NCBI GenBank assembly: GCA_050293845.1
Contig: JBNKNM010000004.1
Location: forward strand, 1-64,000
Origin: Pseudobacteriovorax sp.
GTDB taxonomy: Bacteria > Bdellovibrionota_B > Oligoflexia > Oligoflexales > Oligoflexaceae
Length of the DNA stretch: 64,000 nucleotides
Direction: 5' to 3'
Positions 9,903 through 19,758 of this stretch are shown piece after piece. The notes beneath the pieces are model-generated. The model was given only the letters and a program-made list of their open reading frames with translations. It searched no databases and had not been told where the DNA came from. Made by a program: the position numbers and the translations under genes. Position 1 is the first letter of the stretch, and every line of letters starts with the position of its first letter.

Positions 9903-10349
9903 ATGAAACACTTAACAATCGCCAACCTAGAAAGTCTCACTGGATTCACATTCCGCACCATCAAAAAACGCTTAGCAAAGCTTAATCCTTCTGTAGTCGA
10001 TGGCCCACGAGCTTACTACGATTCTGAACTAGCTTTACAAGCTCTATATGAAGACAAAAACAAAGGAGGATTATCACTTGACCAAGAACGTGCCAAACTC
10101 GCCAAGGTCCAAACCAAAAAAATGGAACTTGAATACAAAATGTTAAAGCACGAGCTTGTCCCAGCGGAAGAGTTCATCGAAGAATATTCAAAACGAGTGG
10201 TCGCAACCAAAAATAAATTTCTGGGTATTCCTTCTAAACTTGGCGCTCGATTCAGATCCTTTGGAGAAGCCGCGGATCTCGAAGAAGAAGCAGAAGAGTT
10301 AATCCACGAAGCCTTAAGGGAGATGGCCGTAGCCGATGCTAGCGCGTGA
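9903..10349 (+). CDS. Terminase small subunit (Nu1-like)
   Basis: AGGAGG before ATG 9903. N-terminal wHTH-like segment, ERAKLAKVQTKKMELE coil and ELVPAEE. Overlaps the terL start. Confidence 0.8.
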   Translation: MKHLTIANLESLTGFTFRTIKKRLAKLNPSVVDGPRAYYDSELALQALYEDKNKGGLSLDQERAKLAKVQTKKMELEYKMLKHELVPAEEFIEEYSKRVVATKNKFLGIPSKLGARFRSFGEAADLEEEAEELIHEALREMAVADASA

Positions 10350-12162
10350 ATGCGTTGATATCGTAGTTAACAATCTTTCACCACCACCAAAGATAACTCT
10401 TTCAGAGTGGGCAGACAAGTACAGGCAACTTTCCCCAGAATCTTCAGCAGAACCAGGACAATGGAAGACAGATCGTGCCCCCTACCAAAGGGGGATGATG
10501 GATGTCTTTTCTGATCGAACCATCCACACCGTTGTAGATATGACATCTAGCCAGGTGGGAAAGACAGAAAAGCACATGAATACCATCGGTTACTTTATTG
10601 ACTATGATCCCGCTCCAATTCTAGTCGTTCAGCCAACACTAAAAATGGCGGAAGCTTTCTCAAAAGACCGCTTAGCTCCCATGATCCGCGACTCACCTAC
10701 TTTGGCGAAAAAAATCATGTCAAAGAAAAAAGGAGATTCTACAATCTACCACAAAAAATTTGTTGGCGGTCATGTTACCCTTGCTGGTGCTAATTCTCCA
10801 GCATCCTTAGCATCAAGACCAATACGGATTTTACTTTGTGATGAGGTGGACCGCTGGCCTGCTTCTGCTGGAACCGAAGGTGATCCCCTTAACATTGCGA
10901 AAAAGCGGACTTCTACATTTCACAATAGAAAGACTATATTATCTTCAACCCCTGGCAATAAATATGTCCCTGGTGAAGGTGGCTCTCGGATAGAGTTTGC
11001 TTGGCTTCAGTCAGACCAGCGACATTATTTCGTTCCCTGCCCCCATTGTGATCACGAGCAACATCTAGAATGGGAGCAAGTCAGATGGTCAAAGGATGAT
11101 CTAGATAACGATCTTCCCAAAACGGCATATTACGAGTGTAAATCTTGCAAATGTGAGATCTACGAGCATCACAAGCTTAAGATGCTTAAACGCGGTAAAT
11201 GGATCGCCACAAGCACAAGTGATGGCATTGCAGGATTCCACCTTAACGAATTGTATTCACCTTGGAAAACGATTGTCGAGGTTGTTCAAGACTTTCTCGA
11301 AGCTAAGGACGATATCGAGCTTTATAAGGTCTGGGTCAATACCTCACTAGGACTGCCATTTGAGAACAAAGGCGGTGATCAGCCAGATTGGAAAAAACTT
11401 TATGATCGCCGTGAGGATCGAGCTGAGGGCAAGATTCCTAAAAAAGTTGTCCTTTTAACTGCTGGAGTTGATGTACAGCAAGACCGCTTAGAGGTCTCCA
11501 TAGTTGGCTGGAATCGTAAGAGATCTTGGCTTATCGAGCATAGAAGGCTTATTGGCGATACAGCAAATGAAGATGTCTGGAATGATCTTTCTGAATTATT
11601 GGATCACGAATACGATCACCCTAGTGGGGAAAAAATATCAATCCGCGTTCTCGGAATTGATTCAGGATATCAAACTTCGAAGGTATATGATTGGGTCCGC
11701 AAGAAAAGCAAACGCCGGGTCTTTGCGTTAAAAGGTCGTGATCAACTAGATACCCCTGTTTCTGCACCATCAGTCATCGATGTCAATTTCAGGGGTAAAA
11801 AATCTCGTGTGGGGATAAAGCTGTGGAAAGTTGGGGTTTCAGTTCTTAAATCAGAACTTTACGGTAGACTAAATATTGAAAAACCAACCGATAGTCAGCT
11901 AAAAATAAAAGGTTATCCTGTATCATGGGTTGCATTTCCTCAAACTGATGAGGAGTATTTTAAACAACTTACCGCAGAAACTTGCGTTCTGGAAAAAACT
12001 TCCAGTGGTCACGCAAAATATGTCTGGAAAAAAACCTATCGAGAAAACCACGCTCTAGACTGCTTTATATATGCCATGGCTGGATTCTATGTCATTGGTG
12101 CCAATAAATGGGATGCTGAAAAGTGGGACGAACTATCTAGCTACTATCAAGCAGTAATTTAA
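10336..12162 (+). CDS. Terminase large subunit, lambda GpA family
   Basis: SSQVGKTE Walker A, LLCDEVDRW, CPHC/CKSC Zn motif, AGVDVQ, GIDSG, ENHALDC. Confidence 0.95.
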   Translation: MLARECVDIVVNNLSPPPKITLSEWADKYRQLSPESSAEPGQWKTDRAPYQRGMMDVFSDRTIHTVVDMTSSQVGKTEKHMNTIGYFIDYDPAPILVVQPTLKMAEAFSKDRLAPMIRDSPTLAKKIMSKKKGDSTIYHKKFVGGHVTLAGANSPASLASRPIRILLCDEVDRWPASAGTEGDPLNIAKKRTSTFHNRKTILSSTPGNKYVPGEGGSRIEFAWLQSDQRHYFVPCPHCDHEQHLEWEQVRWSKDDLDNDLPKTAYYECKSCKCEIYEHHKLKMLKRGKWIATSTSDGIAGFHLNELYSPWKTIVEVVQDFLEAKDDIELYKVWVNTSLGLPFENKGGDQPDWKKLYDRREDRAEGKIPKKVVLLTAGVDVQQDRLEVSIVGWNRKRSWLIEHRRLIGDTANEDVWNDLSELLDHEYDHPSGEKISIRVLGIDSGYQTSKVYDWVRKKSKRRVFALKGRDQLDTPVSAPSVIDVNFRGKKSRVGIKLWKVGVSVLKSELYGRLNIEKPTDSQLKIKGYPVSWVAFPQTDEEYFKQLTAETCVLEKTSSGHAKYVWKKTYRENHALDCFIYAMAGFYVIGANKWDAEKWDELSSYYQAVI

Positions 12163-12328
12163 ATTTTATTTTTTCCCTCATAACTTACAGAAATCATTTA
12201 ACGGACTCCTTATTGCGCTCGTTAATATTTATATTTCTGCAAAGCTTCGTATTCCCAAACCTCTTTCCTGTCCAGTAGGTTCTACCTCTCTTATTTAGTA
12301 TCTGAACTATTTCAGTTAGGACAATGTA

Positions 12329-12561
12329 ATGGAAGCAAAGTTAATAGAATCTCAGGATGAGTTTGTATATGTTCGCAATGATTATTTAACGAGCGCAATT
12401 TTGCGCTCGTTACCTACGAAGATGAAAAGGGTGAAAACCGGCCAATGTATGAAATGACAAAGGATGGTTTTGCCGTTCTTGTCCTGGGGTTTACTGGTCG
12501 CCTAGCGGCTATATTCCAAGAAGCGTTTATCGAAGAATTCAATCGGTCAGTCCAGCTTTAG
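12329..12561 (+). pseudogene. Degenerate Rha-family phage regulatory protein
   Basis: Frame from 12385 reads FNERNFALVTYEDEKGENRPMYEMTKDGFAVLVLGFTGRLAAIFQEAFIEEFNR (Rha core). It is out of frame with ATG 12329 and preceded by an in-frame TGA. Confidence 0.75.
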
Positions 12562-12687
12562 CACAAAGGTTACTTTTTGAAGATATAACTTAATTTGAGA
12601 AACATGCAAAGCTTCGTCTTCCCAAACTCCTAAACCGTGTTTTAGTATCGGCCCTGGTAGAGAATTTAGACCAGGGAAGGTCATGTT

Positions 12688-12882
12688 ATGTGGACAAGTG
12701 ATGACTTGCATAAGCTAGAAAAGGCGATCTCGCTTGGCACTCTTAAAGTCAAATTTGCCGACAAAGAAGTTACCTACCAGGATATCTCCGAAATGCTTAA
12801 GGCTCGCAGCACTATGTTGCGAGTCCTTAGGAGTCCTACATTGAAAACCAATGTCATATCAACTTTTGATAAAGGATTGTGA
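12688..12882 (+). CDS. Head-tail joining protein (gpW-like)
   Basis: MWTSDDLHKLEKAISLGTLKVKFADKEVTYQ; lies between terL and portal. Confidence 0.8.
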   Translation: MWTSDDLHKLEKAISLGTLKVKFADKEVTYQDISEMLKARSTMLRVLRSPTLKTNVISTFDKGL

Positions 12883-12961
12883 ATGAAATTTTATTCTCTG
12901 TATTTATCCCTAATTCTGATTTTTCTCACTATGTACTTTTTTTATTGATTCAACCTAAGTT

Positions 12962-14401
12962 ATGAATTTTTTAGATCACACGATTGAATTTATAGCGCCG
13001 CAGTGGCAAGCAAGAAGACTTAGAGCTAGGGTTGCCATCGATGCAATGACCCGTACCTTTGAAGCGGCTTCTAGGAGCAATCGTACTAAGGGCTGGAAAG
13101 CGGTATCATCTTCAATTAATACTGATCTTAAAACAGACCTTAAGCTAATTGTTTCAAGATCTCGCTATCTTTGTATTAATAATGCTTACGCTAAACGTGG
13201 GATCAATGCCATTCCTTCTCATGTAGTTAGAAAAGGAATCGTTCCCAACTTTACGGGCTCAACCAAAAAGTTTGAAAATGCTTTTAAAAAGTGGGCTAGA
13301 TCAACAAAGTGCGATTACGAGGGAAGGCATAATCTCTATGGCCTGCAATGGCTAGCTATGAAAACCATTGCCGAATCAGGTGAAGTTCTCATTAGAAAAA
13401 GGATTTATCGTCTTGATTCTGGTCTAAAAATACCTCTTAAACTTCAAGTCCTTGAACCCGATTTTCTAGACACCAATAGACCCGGAACAAAACAGGGAAT
13501 CGAGTTCAATGATGATGGCGAAAGGATTGCCTATTGGATCTTTACATCCCATCCTGGTGAACCGGGGCCTCGCCCTTTATCTTTCCGAGTTCCAGCAGAC
13601 GAAATCATACATGCATTCGAAACTTTAAGACCTGGACAGATAAGAGGCGTTCCCTGGCTTACTCCAGTGATCATAAGATTAAAAGATTTTGATGATTACG
13701 AAGATGCTCAACTTATTCGGCAAAAAATCTCAGCCTGTTTGGTTGGTGTTGTTCACGACATGGAGATGGATGAGCCTAGTACCAAGGTAAATGAAGATCA
13801 GTTTGGAAATTTTCAGCCTGGAACCTGGAAGGTTATGCCTCCAGGCAAGACCGTCACCTTTAGTAATCCGCCACAGGTCCAGGGCTATTCGGAATATGCA
13901 TCAGCCCAACTTCATGCAATATCCGCAGGATTCCAAATTCCCCATGAAGTATTGACTAATGATTATAAGGAAGTCAATTTTTCAAGCTCTAGAATGTCTA
14001 ATCTAGAATTTTATAAGACTGTTGAGCACTGGCAAAGCCATATCATGGTAGGTCAAGTCTGTGATCCAATCCTTGACTGGTTCTATGATATCAGTTCGAT
14101 GGTTGGTCTCAATGTTGATGGAATTTCTGCTACTTGGGGACTTCCAAAGCGCGAATATACTGATCCAACCAAAGAAATTAAAGCTCAAATCATGGCTATT
14201 CGCTCTGGTCTTACAACACTTTTTAACGAAATTAGAAAATCCGGTGAAGATCCCGAAGATATTTTAGAAGAGTATTCATCAATCTTAAAATTCCTTGATT
14301 CCAAGGGGATAGTTTTAGATTCAGATCCAAGAAAATCAAATAAAAACAAGGAAACATCATCTAATGCCCCAAGCAGTGACGCTGAACGAAAGGCGAGTTG
14401 A
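12962..14401 (+). CDS. Phage portal protein, lambda family
   Basis: RPGQIRGVPWL, VNFSSSR, DPTKE motifs. Confidence 0.92.
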   Translation: MNFLDHTIEFIAPQWQARRLRARVAIDAMTRTFEAASRSNRTKGWKAVSSSINTDLKTDLKLIVSRSRYLCINNAYAKRGINAIPSHVVRKGIVPNFTGSTKKFENAFKKWARSTKCDYEGRHNLYGLQWLAMKTIAESGEVLIRKRIYRLDSGLKIPLKLQVLEPDFLDTNRPGTKQGIEFNDDGERIAYWIFTSHPGEPGPRPLSFRVPADEIIHAFETLRPGQIRGVPWLTPVIIRLKDFDDYEDAQLIRQKISACLVGVVHDMEMDEPSTKVNEDQFGNFQPGTWKVMPPGKTVTFSNPPQVQGYSEYASAQLHAISAGFQIPHEVLTNDYKEVNFSSSRMSNLEFYKTVEHWQSHIMVGQVCDPILDWFYDISSMVGLNVDGISATWGLPKREYTDPTKEIKAQIMAIRSGLTTLFNEIRKSGEDPEDILEEYSSILKFLDSKGIVLDSDPRKSNKNKETSSNAPSSDAERKAS

Positions 14402-16364
14402 AAGTAAGCCTGTTTATCGGGCTGCTACTTTCCTACCGGAAACTGTAAATAATGAAGAAAGAACGATTGAGCTAGTTTGGTCAACTGGTGCTCGTGTGCT
14501 TCGTACTCCGTGGTGGGATGATCCCTACTATGAAGAACTTGCGATTGACACGAAAGCGATTCGATTGGAACGTCTTAACAATTCAGCTCCTCTTCTTGAT
14601 ACCCACGAGTCACGAAGTCTATCCAATCAGATAGGAAAGGTCGTAAGAGCTTGGGTGCAAGACGGTAAAGCTCACGCTATAGTCCAATTCAGATCCAATA
14701 AAAAATCTCTCGAAATTTGGGTAGATGTAGCCGCTGGGATTATCCGTAATGTTTCCGTTGGCTATGTCGTTCATGAAATGACAGAGGTTCGTGAATCCGA
14801 TGCCAAGTACACAACTTTCCGAGCAATTGACTGGGAACCCTACGAAATAAGCATGGTCCCGATTCCCGCTGACCCCCGTTCTCAAACTAGAGAAAGCACA
14901 AATTTATTTCCCACGCTAATTAGGAGTTTTAATATGCCTGCCAAAGTAAAAGTAGGTGACGATGAAGATGAACCAAGAACACGACAAAAGGAGGACGACC
15001 CCAAAGATCCTAAATCGGAGGAAACTCTTACACCTGAACCAAAACTCGATCTTGAAAAAATTAGGACTGAGGCTATCAAGGCAGAGAGAAAACGCTCAGA
15101 AGAGATTGAGTTGCTTTGCAGGAAGGCTAAACAAGCTGAGCTAGCACGTACTCTAATTGCTGAAGGAATAACCATCGAGGAAGCTAGAAAACGCATTTTT
15201 GATAAAATGGTGGAATCTCAGCCAGATATTAAGTCTCATGTTAGAGTCCAAGCTGGAGATCTTGATGAAATTGCGACGCGAAGGGAGGCCATAAAGGGCG
15301 CTCTACTACATCGCTATGCTCCGACACGCTTTAAGCTTGAAGAGCCAGCACGGGAATACCGCGGGATGAGTCTTACCGAGATTGTGAGGCGTACTCTAGG
15401 CCAGGATGCTTATGGGTTATCGAAACGAGAACTAGCAATTAGGGCCTTCCAATCCACCTCTGACTTTCCTATGATTTTAGCGAATGTGGCCCATCAGTCA
15501 TTACTTGATAGCTATGAGAAGCTTATAGCTCGTCAGAACTTTCAACCTTTGGTACGGATAGTCGAAGCTACCGACTTTAAGCCCATGCGCAAAGTAAGGC
15601 TCGGTGAAATTCCCTCTCTAAAGCTTGTTCCTGAAGGCGCTGAAATTACGAGCGGTACCATCGGTGAAGGAAGCGAACAATATTCAATCGCAACCTATGC
15701 TCGAAAATTCTCATTAACCCGCGAAACTATCATTAATGACGACCTAAACGCCTTTACTGATATTCCGGCAAAATGGGGCATTGCCGCTGCAAGACTTGAA
15801 AACATCCTATTTTGGACTATCTTTTCCGCAAATCAAAAAATGTCAGACGGCAAGGGTCTTTTCCATATTGATCATAGAAATATTGCTGCTGCTGGTTCGG
15901 AAATCTCCGAAGAATCCCTTGAAGAGGCTGAGCTGGCAATGAGCTATCAGCAGGGCATTGATAAGAGGGACAAGTTAAATATTGTTCCCAAGTATCTGAT
16001 TGTACCCACTACCCTCAAAAGAAAAGCTAAAAAGGCCGTCATGCTTCCTATTGTTCCCACTAAAACTGAGGATACCAATCCCTATGCTGGGGAATACGAA
16101 ATCATTGCAGAGCCCATTTTAAACGACTCCTCAACAACAGCTTGGTATATGGCGGCTGACAGTAGCCAGGGCGTTGACCTGATTGAAATGGCATATTTAG
16201 ATGGAATTAGGGAGCCCATGGTTGAGTTCCGAGAAGGCTTTGACACCTTTGGCATCGATATTAGGGCAGCCCTTGATGTGGGAGCCAAAGCCATCGATTA
16301 TCGCGGATTTTATCGAAACCCCGGTCTCCAAGCAGCGCTGAAAAAAGGAGAAACAGCAGCATGA
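14364..16364 (+). CDS. Fused prohead protease / major capsid protein
   Basis: N-terminal HK97-type protease (PLLDTH, NVSVGY, WEPYEISMVPIPAD), linker, then capsid (STSDFP, TYARKFSLTRETIINDDL). Confidence 0.9.
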   Translation: MPQAVTLNERRVESKPVYRAATFLPETVNNEERTIELVWSTGARVLRTPWWDDPYYEELAIDTKAIRLERLNNSAPLLDTHESRSLSNQIGKVVRAWVQDGKAHAIVQFRSNKKSLEIWVDVAAGIIRNVSVGYVVHEMTEVRESDAKYTTFRAIDWEPYEISMVPIPADPRSQTRESTNLFPTLIRSFNMPAKVKVGDDEDEPRTRQKEDDPKDPKSEETLTPEPKLDLEKIRTEAIKAERKRSEEIELLCRKAKQAELARTLIAEGITIEEARKRIFDKMVESQPDIKSHVRVQAGDLDEIATRREAIKGALLHRYAPTRFKLEEPAREYRGMSLTEIVRRTLGQDAYGLSKRELAIRAFQSTSDFPMILANVAHQSLLDSYEKLIARQNFQPLVRIVEATDFKPMRKVRLGEIPSLKLVPEGAEITSGTIGEGSEQYSIATYARKFSLTRETIINDDLNAFTDIPAKWGIAAARLENILFWTIFSANQKMSDGKGLFHIDHRNIAAAGSEISEESLEEAELAMSYQQGIDKRDKLNIVPKYLIVPTTLKRKAKKAVMLPIVPTKTEDTNPYAGEYEIIAEPILNDSSTTAWYMAADSSQGVDLIEMAYLDGIREPMVEFREGFDTFGIDIRAALDVGAKAIDYRGFYRNPGLQAALKKGETAA

Positions 16365-16708
16365 AAAATTTTATACAACCCGGAAGTGTCATTACAGTCC
16401 ACAATACTCCCGTCGCAGCAAAGTCTGGTGATTTAATCGTAATTGATCACTTAGCTGGTGTAGCCATCACTGATGCTGAGGTAGGCGATAACCTTCCTAT
16501 TAAAACTGAGGGTGTATTTTATTTACCGAAGATTAGCACGGACACAGTCGGTATTGGGCAAAGGCTTTCATATATTGAAGAACATAAAAGGCTTACAACT
16601 AATTTGAAAGCTGGTGTAATCGTTGCCGTTGCAGATAAAATTGCTACAAACGGCCAAACACACGTAGCAGCCAAGCTTTTAACTACAGTATTAGATGCCC
16701 ATGTCTAA
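16361..16708 (+). CDS. DUF2190-type capsid cement/decoration protein
   Basis: MKNFIQPG...SGDL...GVA...EGVFYLPK; follows the capsid gene. Confidence 0.8.
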   Translation: MKNFIQPGSVITVHNTPVAAKSGDLIVIDHLAGVAITDAEVGDNLPIKTEGVFYLPKISTDTVGIGQRLSYIEEHKRLTTNLKAGVIVAVADKIATNGQTHVAAKLLTTVLDAHV

Positions 16709-17024
16709 TTTTGAAGATCAAGTAAAACTGGCCATGGATGCAATATTTGATGTCTATAAAGAAAAAGAAGATGTTCTTTTAATTCGAGAGGGTGAGGTCG
16801 CCTACCCTTTACGCGGTATTTTTTCAGAGGTATCGCAAGAAGTTACAAATGGAGGGACCGTTCTCACCTCCTTAGATCCTAACATTACGATCTGGGAAAA
16901 AGATCTTCCACAGACTCTTAGTAAAACATTACGTTTTAAGGCTAGAGGATTCATCTTCTCGATAAAAGATATATTCCGTGATGGTCATGGCAATCTAACC
17001 CTCTACCTATACAAAGAATCATGA
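16701..17024 (+). CDS. Head-tail joining protein (gpFII-like)
   Basis: Position, size and C-terminal DGHGNLTLYL motif. Confidence 0.6.
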   Translation: MSNFEDQVKLAMDAIFDVYKEKEDVLLIREGEVAYPLRGIFSEVSQEVTNGGTVLTSLDPNITIWEKDLPQTLSKTLRFKARGFIFSIKDIFRDGHGNLTLYLYKES

Positions 17025-17494
17025 GTCATAAAAGACAAGAGATAAAGCAGCATTTTGAGGAAATAATTTCTGGTAAAACGGTAGTGGGGACCAATATTAT
17101 GGTTCACCGTCCAGAAAATATTTGGGAATCAAATTCGCCGTTTTTAGTACTTTCCATACCAAAAGAATTTAGTAAGCGGTATTCTGCTGCACCAATTATT
17201 CTCGAAAGAAAAGCCTATGTCTATCTAGAAACTGTGATTCAGGGCCGCAACTTTAACAATAATCTTGATCTTATCGGAAGACAGATCGAGGACATTGTTA
17301 CCGCTAATACTGCAAAGCTTCGTCTAGCCAAAGAAATTATTTTAAGAGAAAGTGAGCAACAGGAAAGCCCAGAGGGTGAAAAACCAGCGGGCAGCCTAAC
17401 GTTAGTTTATGAAGTCACATACTACACCCAAGAAATCCCATCGATGATGACTTCAGATTTTAAGGGAATCAAAACGAGATTCCCTGCGGAGTGA
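17021..17494 (+). CDS. Tail completion/terminator-like protein
   Basis: Position before the sheath gene; MSHKRQEI...LVYEVTY pattern. Confidence 0.5.
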   Translation: MSHKRQEIKQHFEEIISGKTVVGTNIMVHRPENIWESNSPFLVLSIPKEFSKRYSAAPIILERKAYVYLETVIQGRNFNNNLDLIGRQIEDIVTANTAKLRLAKEIILRESEQQESPEGEKPAGSLTLVYEVTYYTQEIPSMMTSDFKGIKTRFPAE

Positions 17495-17498
17495 AAAA

Positions 17499-18986
17499 GT
17501 GACAATAGCCTTTGAGCAGATCCCAGCAGATACCCTAACACCTTTTACTTTTGTTGAATTTTCTAATACCAATGCGACAAGAAATTTATCTGGTTCGCAA
17601 CCCTATAAAATTCTTGTTTTTGGTCAAAAGCTTGGTAGTGGTAGCGCTCCTTTTAACAGAATAATAAGGGTATCAAGTAGTGAGGAGGCTGCTAAGCTCT
17701 TTGGTTGGGGTTCAATGCTCCATCACCAATTTCGCTACTTAAAAGCTAATAATCCTGCTACTGAAACCTTTGCCATTGCCCTAGCTGACCCAAGTACACC
17801 AGCAGATGGCGAGTCACCCGGTGTTGAGCTCGGAAGAGCTGAAGGTAGCTTTTCTATTTCTGGACCAGCGACCGCCGCTGGTGTATTGAGTGCCTATGTT
17901 GGAGATAGAGCTTACGAAGTACCAGTTCAAAAAGGCGACTCTTCTACTACTATAGCATCACGGCTAACAGACCTGATCAATGACGACGATCTGTCCTATG
18001 TCTCAGCATCAGTCGGTGAAAACACCGTAGTTGTAGCAGCTAAGCATCGCGGTCAAGTCGGAAATGAGATTTCCCTTCAACTTAATTACAGAGCTACGGA
18101 AAATTTTCCTGATGGACTTGAAGAAACTTCTATAACCCAAATGTCAGGTGGTAGTTCCAATCCCGATCTTAGTGAAGTACTAGATGACATTGATGAAACC
18201 CAATACAATGTCTTAGCCCTTCCTTATCATGATATGGATAATTTAAATAAAGTAGCTGATTTTTTAGAATCCAGGTGGGGACCGGAAACACCTTACGATG
18301 GTCATGCATTTACAGCTATAAATGCAAGCCTTTCTGAACTGACATCGATGTCGATCAATAGCAAACAGATCAGTATACTAGATGCTGAGGGCCTACCAAC
18401 TCCCTCATTCCTATATTCTTCAGCCCTAGCTGGACTCAACGCACGATTTGCATCCGTAGATCCAGCAAGACCACAGCAAACATTACAGGTGGTGGGAGTA
18501 AAGGCGTCCAAAAAACCGCGAAAACGCCAAAATCGAGACACCTTGTTAAAAGCTGGCATCTCCACTCATACTACAAACGGTGAAAACATTTTTGTCGAAA
18601 GACTTGTAACGACCTACACAAAAAACCCTTTAGGTGCAAAAGATGTTTCCTATCGTGACGTGGCTACTAAACAAACTCTATCTTTTATTCGTTGGGATTT
18701 TATTAACTATTTTAACACTAAATATTCTCGATTTAAGCTTGCACAAGATGGAACCTACATCGCTCCTGATCAACCAATTTTAACGCCGAAAACTGCTAAA
18801 GCAGAAGCTATTGCCCGTTTTAAAAAATGGCAAAACGCAGGACTTGTAGAAGGGCTGGATCAATTTAAAGCCGAGCTAGTCGTAGAGATAAGTCCTTCAG
18901 ATCCAAATCGTCTATCATTTCTATTGCCCCCTGACATCATTAATCAATTGCGGGTTATTGGTGCGCAGATAGCATTTCTTATATAA
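17499..18986 (+). CDS. Contractile tail sheath protein (Mu gpL-like)
   Basis: FGWGSML, DPARPQQTL, ERLVTTY, DPNRL...PDIINQLRV. Confidence 0.92.
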   Translation: MTIAFEQIPADTLTPFTFVEFSNTNATRNLSGSQPYKILVFGQKLGSGSAPFNRIIRVSSSEEAAKLFGWGSMLHHQFRYLKANNPATETFAIALADPSTPADGESPGVELGRAEGSFSISGPATAAGVLSAYVGDRAYEVPVQKGDSSTTIASRLTDLINDDDLSYVSASVGENTVVVAAKHRGQVGNEISLQLNYRATENFPDGLEETSITQMSGGSSNPDLSEVLDDIDETQYNVLALPYHDMDNLNKVADFLESRWGPETPYDGHAFTAINASLSELTSMSINSKQISILDAEGLPTPSFLYSSALAGLNARFASVDPARPQQTLQVVGVKASKKPRKRQNRDTLLKAGISTHTTNGENIFVERLVTTYTKNPLGAKDVSYRDVATKQTLSFIRWDFINYFNTKYSRFKLAQDGTYIAPDQPILTPKTAKAEAIARFKKWQNAGLVEGLDQFKAELVVEISPSDPNRLSFLLPPDIINQLRVIGAQIAFLI

Positions 18987-18998
18987 GGAGTCTATCAT

Positions 18999-19361
18999 TT
19001 GATTGTTTCAGGCTTATTTAACTTACTTATAAATGGCCGCCTATACGTTGCTAAAGGCAACTTCACCTATAACCACGGTGGCATTAAAAATGAAGCTCAA
19101 GTTGCAAGTAACGGTGATATTGTAGGATTTAAGACCTCTCGCGTCATTCCCTTTATCGAGGGTGAACTGATAGACACCCAGGATCTTGATGTAAAAGCGT
19201 TGCAATCAATACAAGACGGTGAAATCACACTCGAACTGGCAAACGGAAAGGTTTTCGTGCTTTCAGGTGCCCACTGGGCTGGTGAAGGCAATTTTCAGAC
19301 TGAAGAAGCTAACGCTGGTATTCGATTTGAAGGAACCAGCGCGGAAGAGTTTATACTTTAA
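18999..19361 (+). CDS. Tail tube protein (Mu gpM-like)
   Basis: Follows the sheath gene; PFIEGE, ELANGKVFVLSGA. Confidence 0.85.
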   Translation: MIVSGLFNLLINGRLYVAKGNFTYNHGGIKNEAQVASNGDIVGFKTSRVIPFIEGELIDTQDLDVKALQSIQDGEITLELANGKVFVLSGAHWAGEGNFQTEEANAGIRFEGTSAEEFIL

Positions 19362-19377
19362 TGTGGAGATCTTAATC

Positions 19378-19632
19378 TTGGAAGAAATCGTTCATACCAT
19401 TCATCTATATAGCCCAGTCTTATTTGGATCAAAGACCATTGAAGAACTAGAATTTAGGGAAGTAAACGCCTTTGATATGCGAGCCATAAAGCCCAATATG
19501 TCTGTGGGTGATATTTTAGATATTGCTCATGTAGTTTGCGGCCAACCTAAGAAAGTTATCAACTCATTGAAAGCAGAAGACGTACAACAGGTCATTGATT
19601 ACATGGGAAAAGCCTTAGCAGGTGGCGTTTAA
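19378..19632 (+). CDS. Tail assembly chaperone (with -1 frameshift extension to 19781)
   Basis: GGAG before TTG 19378. Slippery GGGAAAA at 19605-19611. The -1 frame encodes HLQPSELWQMTESELEFW. Confidence 0.8.
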   Translation: MEEIVHTIHLYSPVLFGSKTIEELEFREVNAFDMRAIKPNMSVGDILDIAHVVCGQPKKVINSLKAEDVQQVIDYMGKALAGGV

Positions 19633-19758
19633 ACTACAATGAGGCATTTATCTACCTTACCAGATATTGTCACCTGCAACCCTCAGAGCTATGGCAAATG
19701 ACTGAATCCGAACTTGAGTTTTGGCTAGAAATAGCAAAAAAATCTCACAAGGTGTTTG

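Noticed and set aside
17311..17325. Partial copy TGCAAAGCTTCGTCT of the late motif
   Set aside because: It lies inside a CDS and lacks the TTCCC part. It could be an internal site about 175 bp before the sheath gene, but this is unsupported.
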